Shown in pieces: positions 1 through 12,157 of a DNA stretch of 64,000 nucleotides. Every line of letters starts with the position of its first letter. Positions within the stretch are counted from its first letter, which is position 1. Source of the stretch: Massalongia carnosa (lineage: Eukaryota); the NCBI GenBank assembly GCA_965645245.1, contig OZ287072.1, positions 992,001 through 1,056,000 on the forward strand, in the 5' to 3' direction. The notes beneath the pieces were generated by a model. It was not told the origin of the DNA and ran no database searches. It saw only the letters and a program-made list of their open reading frames with translations. Position numbers and translations under genes: made by a program.

Positions 1-525
1 ACCCTTACACCATAGCACCTGCTTTATCCTGTCCATGGATTATCTTATTATGACTTTATATCAATATATACTTGACAAAAATCATATCTAATAAGAATCC
101 AAAAATGCGAAAATACATTATCTTCCCTCTTTCAGAGCACCAATTTAACTATCTACACCTCCTTTTCCCCAAAGAACCTAGTCTTCCTATTCTCCATCAT
201 TATCTCGGTCCTAAAGTTTTCCCTCGTTTGACCTGTTATGGAAATCCTAAACTTAAAAAACTATTACTGAAGATAACTTAACCATCTACTAGTCGTATCT
301 CGTCCCCCTTGGAGGCCCACACGATCCCCCATCGCTGGTTTAACTTTGTTCACTGCCTCTCTCTCTCTATCTCTACTGTGTAAGTAATATATCTTCGGCG
401 AACAAAATCTTTCACTAAGGAGGGTGTTTGGGAGACGGATTATTTATGCATTAATTTCCTAGACATGTTTCGGTCGTGGGAAATCTTAGAATGTCTTCTA
501 GGCCATGAACTCCTTGTCCAACGCC

Positions 526-873
526 TGTTACTTATAATGAGATTGACTAATCACCTAAAGGGCTTGTAGAGAAAGCTATCTTAGATTATAAGGTTGAGAA
601 ATCAGGTGAGTGAGACTAAGGTAGCTGAGAAGATGAAAGATGGAGATAAGTTGATGAAGGTGAGTAGGAGGTATTTAGTGAATGTGATAGGCGATATGGA
701 GGTTCCTTTGATGAAGCTGGTGCAGTGGACTCATGACCTCATGGGAGTTTTAGGGGAGAGAGGCTGGCGCTGATGAGCCTGGAGAGCCCATGTAGAGTAT
801 ATGCTCAAAATATTGGAGAATGTATTTATGAGGAGAGCCTTTGGTGTTCGAAGTTTACCGCTTGTGGTTGACA
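526..873. mobile_element. Possible solo LTR remnant
   Basis: About 350-bp non-coding segment bounded by TGTTA...TGACA (TGT/ACA termini). No matching target-site duplication (ACGCC vs GCAAG), so support is weak. Confidence 0.3.
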
Positions 874-2154
874 GCAAGCTATGTAATGTTACCCGAATTA
901 TGAAGCTAGGTTTGCCAGGCGACCAAATTCTTAAGCAAGCATCTATCTAGAATTGAAACCAATTTGCATGCTTGCCTCTTGCCCTTCTCAGCATTGGCGC
1001 GATAGCCCGACTCAGGATCTCCGGCTTCATTACCCATGTACACTTGCAAACAATACATATGATCTGGTGGCGCCTGCAGATGGTGCCGTTATGCCTGTAA
1101 GAACCCTGGCGCCGGCTCTCTCGCCGCAGCAATAGTGTTTCATGCCTTGAAAAAGCTTCCGGCCGTAAGTATATGGGAATTCTTTGCCATTGGAAAAATC
1201 GCGACGCTTTCGCCTTTGGGAGTTTGATGATTCATTGTCTTTAAAATAGGAAAGAGCATCTGGTGGGGTTCCGAAGATCTAGATAGCAAGAAAAGGGTTG
1301 TGATAAGGGGCAAGAAAAAGGGGTTATTTGTACTTGGTGAGCAGGGTTTAGTTTTGGGCGGAGAGAATCTCAAAGTCCCTTTAGGTTTGTAAAGCAAGGT
1401 CTGCGCTTTCCAAAAAAAATTGTATAAAAAACTACTTCCATGTTCTTGTCCTGAGATGGGGTTCCTCCGTTGAATAGGCTCTTCCCACCCAACAATAAAT
1501 CATATGCTAGGAAAAACTAAATAGCTGGAGCAGCGCTCTTAAGATAAGAGGAAAGTTACATTCATCTATTGTAAATAATTAAGCCACAAGCCGATCTTTT
1601 GAGCGATAGGAACAACTGTGCTCAATCACTTTCAACAAAGTATAGTAGTAATGGATGCCATTCCACAAGAAATTGATTAGAACGTATATAAAATTGGAGA
1701 GAGTTGATATAAAAGACTTTAAAAAGAGTAGACCTCCACAGGTTATCGCATTTGGAAGGGATCGAGAGAAGTATTACCTGGATTTCTCAGAACGGAAGGA
1801 GCTTATATGGACAGTTGTACGTGTGAAAGGTATACTCACCATCACTAGTCTCAATATTCAAGTGAAAACCCATGATCACGATGAGGATGGGGTTTTGAAA
1901 TCTTTATCGACGCCGGGATAACGTGATGGTGATTGTCGAAAGTGGCCAATCACCATCATTCATGTCAGCCCTATCACAATTCGCGTGTATTACTCTTGTC
2001 TGAGTTGCTAGCTCACAAACTCAACTCCATCGATGATCATTTCAGTCTGGTCCCCAGTTCTACGGCCGTCAAAGATCGGGCAATATAATGGTATCGTAAG
2101 GGTTCAGCGTGTCAAATAATCTAGCGATTGTTTCATTCACCCTGTCGTTTGGTT

Positions 2155-3488
2155 ATGGGGGAGACGCTTCATAACGCTCCTATCGTGCTTGACAATGGCA
2201 GTGGAACTATCAGAGCCGGCTTTGCTGGCGAGGATCTTCCCAAATGTTATTTCCCTTCCTTTGTTGGAAGACCGAAGCATCTAAGAGTGCTAGCGGGGGC
2301 CTTGGAGGGTGATGTTTTCATTGGACAAAAGGCACAGGAACTACGGGGCTTGTTAAAGATTAAATATCCCCTGGAGCATGGCATCGTCACGGACTGGGAT
2401 GACATGGAGAGGATCTGGCAGTTTGTGTATACTGAAGAGTTGAAAACGTTAAGTGAAGAGGTATGGGATGTTGGCAGTTGATGAACCTCGGATAGCTGGC
2501 ATGTCCCCGCAAATTCATGGCTAACGATTTGTCTGGTCTGACAGCATCCAGTATTACTCACTGAACCTCCCTTAAACCCACGGTCCAACCGAGACATTGC
2601 GGCGCAGATCCTTTTCGAAACCTTCAACGTGCCTGCGCTTTTCACATCCATACAGGCAGTGCTCTCGCTCTACGCTTCGGGGCGGACGACGGGTATCGTC
2701 CTAGACTCGGGCGATGGAGTTTCACACGCGGTGCCAGTCTACGAGGGGTTTGCCATGCCGAGTAGTATTCGAAGGATAGACGTGGCTGGGAGGGACGTGA
2801 CAGAGCACATGCAGCTATTGTTTCGAAAGAGTGGTTACGTGTTTCATACGAGTGCGGAAAAGGAGTTGGTACGAATCATTAAGGAGAAAACCTGTTATGT
2901 AGCTCCTGATCCTAAGAAGGAGGAGAAGGAGTGGATGCAAAGCGGGGGACGGCCGGAAGGTAAGATCTTGGAGTATACGCTTCCAGATGGCAACAAAATG
3001 AAGGTAAGCAGAATGAGGGGATATAAGGCTGATCGGCCCTTGCTGAACGCATATACAGATTGGAGCGGAAAGATTTCGAGCCCCCGAGATTCTATTCGAC
3101 CCCGAGATTATAGGTCTTGAATATCCAGGAGTACATCAAATTGTAGTTGATGCCATCAACCGGACCGACATGGACCTCCGAAAGTCTCTTTTCGGTAATA
3201 TCGTACTATCAGGCGGGTCGACGTTGACCAAAGGTTTCGGGGATCGGTTGCTGCATGAAGTGCAGAGACTAGCCGTCAAAGACATGCGGATCAAGATTTT
3301 TGCTCCTCCTGAACGCAAGTACAGCACCTGGATTGGAGGTAGTATTCTCGCTGGGCTGAGTACGTTTCGGAAGGTAAAACATATACCTTCATTGTCAATA
3401 GGAATCCGCTGACATCAAGATGCAGATGTGGGTCAATGTTGACGATTGGCATGAAAATCCTGATATCATTCATACCAAGTTTGCCTAG
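2155..3488 (+). CDS. ARP1: Actin-related protein 1 (centractin, dynactin subunit); exons 2155-2460, 2545-3003, 3059-3373, 3426-3488
   Basis: Actin-fold motifs [50 protein letters not shown] and [36 protein letters not shown] and the C-terminus [13 protein letters not shown] are Arp1-type rather than conventional actin. GT-AG introns join the ORF pieces in frame. Confidence 0.93.
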
Positions 3489-4683
3489 TTGGTTACACGG
3501 TGAATTTCTGCTCACCCCTCCATCTGAAGGCAATTCCCGTACCTTTAACGATTTAATCTTGAAGCCTCCAGTTCGATCGGATGGTCATTGCTCCCCCGTA
3601 AGTACACCCGCCAATAGGGCAATACTCTTCCCGCGAAGGCTGCATTCTATTATGCCAGGTCATGCGCAAGCATAGGTAAGGAGGAACAGTCACTGCAGCA
3701 CCCGTCGCGCCTAGGCAAGTTTGTCCTCCAAGCGTCAATTTATTTGACTACGCCCAATGCATCAACGCTCCTCAGAGGACATCACTCCAGACCAGTGACT
3801 CGGTTTCACTACGTGCCTTCCCACATGTACATAACACGAGGCGGGCCTTTGAGCATTGTTATTGCATCAGGGTCTTTCGTTCCTCAAACGTGAAAATGCG
3901 GGGAAGCCCATAAATCGTCGCACAACGTTGAGCGCTTCTGTTCTGGGAGGAGATCTGGACGCTGACAGCGGGATACTAGTCGTAGTTCCCCAGCCAAGTT
4001 GTTGGGGAAGATCGTTAACGCCGCATTTTTGCCTTGTGGATCTTGACTTGTGACTCGTGCACACACGAACGGCTGAGTTTAAGACGAGGAAAGCCATGAT
4101 GATATCGAGACCGGCGAATGAAGAAGGCAGTCGATACTCATTATTTCCATCACGATCAGCTTACGTTGTTCTCAGCCCAGTAACAGGGAGTTATTCCCCC
4201 GACCACCTCTCTTCCCCATCTATTATTCGCTCCTCGCCATTCCCCTCATGACTTGAGTGATTTAAAATCTCTCCCCGTGTCAAAGTTAATCCAAATCACG
4301 ACATGCCACCGTCCATCACGCTCCCAAATGAATGTAAGGAGGAGCCAGGTGGCTGACCTTGTTTCGATATAACTATTACCCCCATAAAACTACCCCTCAC
4401 CCTGCTAGACCCAAGCCTTGGTGGTAAGTAAGGTTACTACACAGTACTCTATGCCTACTCGGCGTATCCAAATACAACGCCCACCTAAAATAGTCCCGCT
4501 AACTAGCCCAGTTACCCTATTGTAATCGTACTTGCCTGAAAGCGTCACTTCATCGTGAACATTCGTCAGCATCCGACTGGATCCTTTTGCTTTTTCTTTA
4601 CGTTTCTCAGGCCCCAGCCAAGCCCAGCCAGGGGCGTCAGATGATGGGAGGGACCAGGACAACCCAACCCATGAATCAACTGA

Positions 4684-4717
4684 ATGATGATGATGATGAT
4701 GATGATAATGACGATGA
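4684..4717. repeat. (GAT)n microsatellite
   Basis: Directly visible ATG/GAT triplet run, degenerate at its 3' end. Confidence 0.85.
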
Positions 4718-5915
4718 CGTACTTATGCGAGAAAAAAACGAGATTGAAAAAGCGGCAAATAATTGCATCTCCTCGGCCTCCCTTCTTTCTCTATTCCAAA
4801 TTGGTTACGCGGGTGGGCGTCATCGATTTCGCTTTGCTTGGGGCGTTTTTTTCCTCAACCCTCGACAAGAAAAACAAAGCAAACATTCAAATCCAAAAAT
4901 CAAAATCATAATCAAAATCACAATCAAATAACATCCGACGTTAAGCACTCACCGCACGGTGGGATAGGTTAGTCAGTCAGGGCCCGGGCAAATGATGTAG
5001 CCGAAAATAATTACTAGGTAGTTAGGTAATTACTGTACCCTGTAGCTGACGGAAATGCTATGTACCTTGCCCCAGCCTATTTCCTGGTGGCAAGAAAGCC
5101 CCCGCCGCCCGAAACTTCCAGTCCCTCGTTTCTGTTCTTGTTCGGTCGGCGCTGTATAACTTTCTCGTAAGTAACGAAACGTCACATATGCGTAATCTAT
5201 TTCCCGCCGCCCCCTTCGCTCCAGTGTATTATCTATCATACACGGTAAACGCCAGAACTGGCTGGCTGGCTGGCCGGTAGGCTGGCGAGCGAGTGAGCAG
5301 GCGGTCAGCGCACAACCTCCCCCCCCCCCCCCCCTGGTCCCCCCCCCCGGAGTGAGTGCGTGACCAGCTGAGATTTTTTTCTATTTTGTTTACGAGAGGT
5401 GACGGTATTTGTAACTCCGTGTTTTCCGAAACTTTCCAGTTAACGGCCTAGTATGGGGGAATAGGTTTGGCGTGGGCTTGCAGTTAAGGGCATAGTAGGT
5501 ATAGGTACTTTCTATATGGTCTAGGGACTGGGGGGGACGGGGTGTATAGGTGGGTGGGTGTTATTATTATTTTTCCCTCGATAATAATTCTGTTTTTGGT
5601 TGCTTTTGGCCTGGGTGCGGGGAGGCATGTAAGGTATATAAAGAGGGCGGTTCGTCCTGCTGAATTTCTGGGATTGAGATTGGGACGACAGACATACCGG
5701 TATATTTATTATAGTCACCAAGTGTACCTCTTGCCTTTTTGCTGTCTCCTCTTGGTTGTTCGATATCTTTGCACAAACAGATTTGATTGCTCTAAACAAA
5801 CCTCACCACCTCTCAATCGCTGCCGCCACCAACAGAGAAACTAACTACAACCACATCCGTCACGATATCACCACCACAGTCACAACCGCAAGCCAGCACC
5901 TCAGACTCGAGCAAG

Positions 5916-6377
5916 ATGCGCACCTCAACCCACCTTGCTGACCCCACCCCCCCGGCAAAGTCCTCCTCATACACCCACACCGGCATCGGTGGCGCAGGCA
6001 ACATTCGCCGCACCCCCCCTCCAACCTCTCTAACAAACCCTCTTACAACCACTCACTCCAACTCCCATCACTCCACCACCTCCTCCCGCTTCAGCACAAG
6101 CCGGGGTTTCAGCACCGGTCGTGGCGGCGCGGGCAATATTCCCCGTAACAGCGACGACGGCTTGCAAAGGGCTATGTTCGCCTTTGACGAGGAGGCGGAG
6201 TTGCAACGGCGCTTCAGACCGGCGCCGGTGACGTATCACACCGGCCGAGGAGGTGAGGGGAACTCTGTTATCAAAGGGACGGGGAGGAGCAGCTTGGGAA
6301 GCAGTGAAGGGAGCCGCGAAGGAGGGAAGAGGGCAGGGAGTTTGGAGAAGGCGAGAGAGTGGTTGCGGAGGTGGTGA
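5916..6377 (+). CDS. DUF3602 / Par32-like low-complexity protein, 153 aa
   Basis: Three copies of the family motif (TGIGGAGNI, TGRGGAGNI, TGRGGEGN) in a single ATG-to-TGA ORF. Confidence 0.8.
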   Translation: MRTSTHLADPTPPAKSSSYTHTGIGGAGNIRRTPPPTSLTNPLTTTHSNSHHSTTSSRFSTSRGFSTGRGGAGNIPRNSDDGLQRAMFAFDEEAELQRRFRPAPVTYHTGRGGEGNSVIKGTGRSSLGSSEGSREGGKRAGSLEKAREWLRRW

Positions 6378-7953
6378 CGCATGGGGTGTTTTAACGAGAA
6401 GGAAGCTCATCAGGCGTTGTGGGATGGAAAAAAGCTTTTTTTTTTATGGGCTGGAAGAATTGCATTGCCACGGTCCCGAGGGTTTCGGAACATGGTGCGT
6501 CGGGATTCACGCCACCGGTTCCAAAAGAGCCCGCTTGGTCCTTCGTTTTCAAACACTTTCGTCGGGGCGAGCCCCAGTGAGTACCATTGCGGAGTTTCAC
6601 TGTGGATGGACTTGGTTTGGAAAAGATGAGACCTGATTACAGATACCCCCCTTGGAGCATCTGATTTTTGCGGAGTAAAGCGCCTGGTTTTGCTTTGGTC
6701 GGGAGCGGGTTTTGTCTGAACTGTACACTTAATGTGTTATGAATACCTCATCGCCTTTTTTTTGCTTTGATGGGTTGCTCGTTCATAAGAGATTATTGAC
6801 CACTTCTTCATCCAGTCAAAGCTCGTACTTTATTTCTACCTAAAAAAGATACGGCATTAAGACTGTACTTTAGCTGGATTAGCAACCCCAGCTTGAAGCA
6901 TCATTCCATAATGCGCCGGCCCCGTCGAAAGCCTGGGTTTTCTTGTGTACCCGCATCTATCCTTCTTCCGCTAACGGATGAGTGATCTGGCAAAGCATAA
7001 CCCCTTTCTTCATACACTACTCTGTATCAATTATTTATTGACTTCCTGTGATGATATCACAGAAAGTGGCCACATGAGGCATAGTGGCAGATCCCCGGAA
7101 GAAACACGTCTTGCAGAGTATTCCAAGCAAAGCTCCAGCACAAACTAGTGAATACTAAGGGTGATTTGATCCGCGATTTCAAATTAGTGGGAAGGTACTA
7201 CTTAAAGTTTCCCCTCTCTATGCACGAATCTCACTATATGCGTGACGGGTACGGCAAAAGTCTCCGGTGGATGAAATAGCTTTGAAACAATGAGATGAGG
7301 CAGAGAAGTATGAAGATGGACATCCCCATGCTTTTGCGAGCCTATCTGTTGAAATAGTCATGTTCCGTTTGTTCAAGGCAGGGAGTTCCCAGGCAGGAAC
7401 GTTGTGACTAAGCACCTTCCTTCTTCTGTGCAAAAACTTTTCCGTGTTGCCTCTAGAAGCTGCATGGACGAAACGATGCCGTCCAAAGTGCTCTGTGCAT
7501 GAAGCTACGAGAAGGATAGGCTGACTTGCTTTTGTGAAGCTGGAAGTGGCGCATACTCATGTATAACGGTTGGTTTTCCATGGTGCTAAATTCTCGTACA
7601 AACTTAGAGGTCCGAGCAGAGCGAGAACCGAGGATTTTGTACGTACACCCGGAGTCGCTGCCTGGATGAGAATAATTGTTGCCCGTGGCGAGACATTTGT
7701 GAAGTAATGTACAGAGTACGGAGTACTAGCTTGACATTTGAAGGCGTACCTACTACTCGCTTAAAGACCAGCCCGCTGAAGTTGGGGCAACCCCAAAACG
7801 GGAGAAGCGACGTGCCACTTGGCGATCGGGCAGAGTTATGCAACGGGAATCTTTCTTTTTCTACTTCTTTGACGATGTGGCGTTTACCCGATAGATATTG
7901 CAAAGCAAGAAGTCCCGTATCTTAAGGTTGCGAAACATAGATGCAAGCCATCT

Positions 7954-9657
7954 TCAGGATTTAGTCATTTTAACCACAATTCTAATACGATCCGCACTTC
8001 CTTTAAGCCAGATTCTCTCATCATCTCCAATGGAATTTCCAATGGCATCTCTAGATCTCTTCTTCCCGGCTTTTCTGGCTTTATTGTCTCTTGCCGCAAT
8101 GCCCGCTTCCGCTGCATCATGTAATCCTGGACTCCAAGAAAGCCCACCGTAAATATCTAGCATACGCAGCAAGGTTTCCACGCATATGCTCACTTTCGCG
8201 TTATCAGCAATGCTGCTGGTGTTCGCTGCAAAGGGAAGATAGCTTATTTCCAATACCTCCTGCGATAGGTCGTCTTTGAAGGGTAGTGGAGCAGAGGCGG
8301 CGATAAGAGAGCGGAGGATAAACTGAGTCAATGAAGATGCGGCAGGAGCAGAGAAGTGGCGGAGGCTTGAGGGGGAAATGAGGAGAAAGAACGTGGGGAG
8401 AGGGAGCGGACGAATGTGCTCAAGATAGATGTCGTAGAGCGTGCTAAGAGGCGTGAATGTATTAGGAAGGCTATCTGAGACAGAGGAAAGAAGGGACAGG
8501 ATTCGAAGGCGGAGATTGATTGCATCCATTCCCCCTAACGCATTGCCAAGGTTAGGGGGTGAGGTACCGGAGGTAGAATCATCAGGAGGTTGGGTAGCGG
8601 CGGTGTGTGAGATATTGGGATCGCTATCCTCGAGATCTGACTCTTTGTCTTCATCCATATAGTCGCCATAGTTATCGGTCTCAATATCAATTTTTGTTTT
8701 GATTTTTTTTAGTTCAGCGTCGTTTTTCCGTTGCTTCGTCTCATTCTTCCAAATTTCCGTGAATTCCCCTGTATCTCTGACGCTTCCATTAGCAAATACA
8801 GCTCGGACCACTTTTCTTTCCTTCCTGGCTATTTCACCATCCGAAATGAGCGATTTCACCACCATGCTTTTCTCCCTTGGATCCGATTCACCTCCATCCA
8901 GTGCTTCGTCCCTTCTCTGCTCAAACCCTCGAGCTTCCCAGTCCTCTTGAAAAACATCAATAATGAAACCCAGCCATAAGCTCCACCTAATCCATCGCTT
9001 TTTATTTAGAATACTACAGTTAAACGCCCAACCCACAACCTGCCAGATATCGTCTGCTCTTGACCAGATGGCACCCGATCCGGCAAGAACATTTTCAATG
9101 CTATCAAGATCATCCTCGATAAGGCTCACGCTATCGCTTTTGGCTTTTCTCCTGCCGCTGACCCCGCGGCGGGACGTTTTGCCAAGGCCGGTAAATATGA
9201 ATGCATCATGTAGATTGGCGTTGACGGGGCCAACGGTTCTCAGGACAAGCCGCAAGTACCTTAACGCAAGATTTGCTTCTTCAACACGGGTTTGCGACCT
9301 GGCTCGTGTGGTTAGCGTAGGATGAATGGCGAGGGTAGCAGCAAAGGCAAGATGTTGTGGAGGCGGAAGAAAGGCGGTGGCTAGAGGAAATATCGAAGTA
9401 TTTCCTGAAGCGACCAGCAATATCAGCAAGTTCAGAGCTTGGCCATCTAAGTCAAATATTAGCAGGTGTGCATGCATCGTGCCAGCGACCATACAAAGAG
9501 TCTCTTCAAAATAGATTCTACAATGTTCGCGGAGTTCGAATGGAAGTAGTTTGACCGGGCGATATAACGTGGTTGGTGACACGCCTCTTCTGATGGACCG
9601 AATTGGTGATGACTGAAAGTCGCTCTCAACTTGAGAAGATAGTGAAGAGCTCGTCAT
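7954..9657 (-). CDS. Uncharacterised fungal protein (about 550 aa), probable in-frame 48-nt intron at 9447-9494
   Basis: Long ORF with a helical, protein-like composition and an acidic stretch. GTATGG...GCTAAT...TTAG intron signals lie inside the reading frame. No function recognised. Confidence 0.8.
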   Translation of the reverse strand: MTSSSLSSQVESDFQSSPIRSIRRGVSPTTLYRPVKLLPFELREHCRIYFEETLCMVAGTMHAHLLIFDLDGQALNLLILLVASGNTSIFPLATAFLPPPQHLAFAATLAIHPTLTTRARSQTRVEEANLALRYLRLVLRTVGPVNANLHDAFIFTGLGKTSRRGVSGRRKAKSDSVSLIEDDLDSIENVLAGSGAIWSRADDIWQVVGWAFNCSILNKKRWIRWSLWLGFIIDVFQEDWEARGFEQRRDEALDGGESDPREKSMVVKSLISDGEIARKERKVVRAVFANGSVRDTGEFTEIWKNETKQRKNDAELKKIKTKIDIETDNYGDYMDEDKESDLEDSDPNISHTAATQPPDDSTSGTSPPNLGNALGGMDAINLRLRILSLLSSVSDSLPNTFTPLSTLYDIYLEHIRPLPLPTFFLLISPSSLRHFSAPAASSLTQFILRSLIAASAPLPFKDDLSQEVLEISYLPFAANTSSIADNAKVSICVETLLRMLDIYGGLSWSPGLHDAAEAGIAARDNKARKAGKKRSRDAIGNSIGDDERIWLKGSADRIRIVVKMTKS

Positions 9658-9892
9658 GACTTGAAAAATGTAGATCGCCTAGTCCGACATCTTGATCGTG
9701 TTGATTCTATAAGACCAACCATAGATCAGTGAAATTAGCAGATTTCAGTAGCTGTGGATGGAAAAAAGTTTACGCGTTAGACGCGCTAAATAAATATGAA
9801 TGACTTCAGGCCTCTCTGTCGCCACTTTTAGAGAAAATTCTCCATGACCACGTCTACTCTAATGCTATCGCGACTTCTGGAGTATTAGAATC

Positions 9893-11773
9893 CTACGCAG
9901 GAACCGCAGCGCCATCACCCCTAGGATCGCTACCACCACTATAAACATATTTTCCGTTTTCCCTATGACATCGAATGACTTGACCACAACCAAAGATTCC
10001 GCGCCCGTAGCCTTTGACTATTTCAACGTTATGGCCTAATACTCGTAACTGCTTGACTACCTCCTCACCTATCCCCTCTTCGAGATAAATAGTCCGATCA
10101 AGCACTTTGCCTTGCTCAGGAGTTCCGGCGCCGATGCAAAACCTTGGTGCGTCCAAAGCTGCCTGTGGCGTGTGTCTAAATGCCAGCATGTTGAGAAGCA
10201 CTTGAACATGACCCTGAGGTTGCATGAATCCGCCCATGACGCCATACACCGTATGCAAACTTTGGTCGTTAGAATTTGTAACTATAGCAGGAATGATTGT
10301 ATGATATGGTCTCTTTCTAGGAGCGTACGCGTTTGGATGGCCTTCCTGAAGGTTGAAATTTGCAGCTCGACTCTGCAGAGTGAAGCCGCAACCTTGGGGG
10401 ATTATGCCAGTGCCAAATTTCCCGTAAACGCTGTTAATGAATGAAATTGCATTGCCAAACCTGTCTGTGACAGCAAAATAAACCGTGTCACAATGATTAT
10501 GGGCAGGTGAGCCGTGATCGATAATATCAGAAGCCTTGTTCGGATCAAAAAGGGTTGCTCGTTCAGACAAGTAGGAACGAGAAATCAGTTCCTTACTGGG
10601 GACTCGCTCGACATTCGGATCTGTCACCCACCAACTAGTATCTGCAAAGGCTATGCGAAGGCTCTCAATCACAGCGTGTAGATACTCTGCGCAATTGTGT
10701 TCACCTTCGATGAAGGTCCTTATCCTTTGGGTTCGCTCAAGCTCTTCTAAAATACCTAAAGCCATGAGTGCAACGATCCCTTGCCCATTAGGAGGGTGCT
10801 CCCAAACCTCTAAGCCTTCTGTCTCGTCGGATTTACCAGCTTGGCCATCCTCGGCTCCTGTTGGCGCTTTGCTTATATTTTGGCCATTGAACTTGAGTGA
10901 AATAGCATCTACCTCTTCACTGCCTAGATCAGCATGGTGCTTAAGATCCTCCATGGTCAAATGACCCCCAAGACCCTGCACAACTTGAATCAAGGAAGTT
11001 GCAACTGGGCCCTCATAGAAGCCCTTTTTACCATTCTGAGCAAGAACTCTGAAGGTATTGGCTAGAGTTGGATTCTCAAATAACTCTCCCGGACGCGGTG
11101 CGCGTTTGCCATCTGGGGCTTTATTATCTGATTTCAGCATTTCACCAAAATGAGGACATGCATCACGAATATGCTTCTCGCTGGCTTGCCACTGGAAAGT
11201 GTTATCATTCGTATTTTGCCTCCTTCTTCGCACACTTACAAACCTTGATGCAAGCTCGGAGACAGGGAATCCCTCTTCCCCAAGCTCTATTGCCGGAGTT
11301 AGAATCTGCTTTAAAGAGAGCCTTTTACTACCAAACTTTTCCACAGTATCTATCCAACCGGCAGCAGCACCGGGCGTTGTAACTGAGTGTACACTTGACA
11401 TGGAAATTGTTCCAGGTTGGCCTGGCTTTAATCCTAAATCGCGACGCAATCCTTCCAAACTTGTATTAGCAGGAGACCGTCCAGACCCGTTTAGCGCATG
11501 AACTTTTTTTGTTTTTGCGTTATAGAACAAGCAAAACATGTCACCCCCAATACCTGTTGAGGAGGGTTCAGTCATGTTCAATGCTGCAGCAACTGCGACT
11601 GCAGCATCTGCAGCATTACCCCCATCCCGAAGAATCCTTTGTCCTGCCTGTGCAGCCAACGGTTGTGTACATGCTATTATTCCTTGAGTACTATGTACAA
11701 CACTTCGTCTGCTAGGAAAGGCTATGAAGTCTGGGTCCAGTGAAGGATATATAGCGTTCGCATTGAGTGGCAT
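9893..11773 (-). CDS. Gamma-glutamyltranspeptidase family protein (Ntn-hydrolase), in-frame 48-nt intron at 11192-11239
   Basis: GGNAADAAVAVAAAL, EPSSTGIGGDMF, PPNGQG, the autocleavage Thr in DTVYFAVTD, KRPYHTIIP, GVMGGFMQPQGH and SDPRGDG. Confidence 0.93.
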   Translation of the reverse strand: MPLNANAIYPSLDPDFIAFPSRRSVVHSTQGIIACTQPLAAQAGQRILRDGGNAADAAVAVAAALNMTEPSSTGIGGDMFCLFYNAKTKKVHALNGSGRSPANTSLEGLRRDLGLKPGQPGTISMSSVHSVTTPGAAAGWIDTVEKFGSKRLSLKQILTPAIELGEEGFPVSELASRFVSVRRRRQNTNDNTFQWQASEKHIRDACPHFGEMLKSDNKAPDGKRAPRPGELFENPTLANTFRVLAQNGKKGFYEGPVATSLIQVVQGLGGHLTMEDLKHHADLGSEEVDAISLKFNGQNISKAPTGAEDGQAGKSDETEGLEVWEHPPNGQGIVALMALGILEELERTQRIRTFIEGEHNCAEYLHAVIESLRIAFADTSWWVTDPNVERVPSKELISRSYLSERATLFDPNKASDIIDHGSPAHNHCDTVYFAVTDRFGNAISFINSVYGKFGTGIIPQGCGFTLQSRAANFNLQEGHPNAYAPRKRPYHTIIPAIVTNSNDQSLHTVYGVMGGFMQPQGHVQVLLNMLAFRHTPQAALDAPRFCIGAGTPEQGKVLDRTIYLEEGIGEEVVKQLRVLGHNVEIVKGYGRGIFGCGQVIRCHRENGKYVYSGGSDPRGDGAAVPA

Positions 11774-12157
11774 AGCTGTAGAGGACTTGTGAATAGATAT
11801 TCATGGATTGAAAACATGAACTATTCCATTAACCTGCTGAGCGATCAACGAGTGTACTATGTAAATGTAGTCGTTAGTAACAGAAAATAACACTAAGCCG
11901 GTAGAAATGCCGGGCCACTAGACCATCTAAAGTTAGAGGTCTGATACTTTTTGGTTAAAATGTCAAGTTCATCGGCGGTTTATTTTTCATAGCAAAAGCC
12001 TCGAAGCAGCTAAACGCAATTTTTGTGGCATTGTGCTATGTCTTTATTTTCTAACGAACGAAATGTTTCTTCCATATACGTTATAATAAGAGTGGGCATT
12101 GAATATAATTTCCTATGATTAGGTTGGCTGGATTACAAGGCAAAGTCCCTTCATAGC

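Noticed and set aside
4587..4972. ORFs with poly-Asp or poly-Met
   Set aside because: Products of the (GAT)n microsatellite in intergenic DNA.
6900..7900. Possible gene between the DUF3602 gene and the 567-aa ORF
   Set aside because: Only short ORFs with no recognisable motif or consistent splice model.
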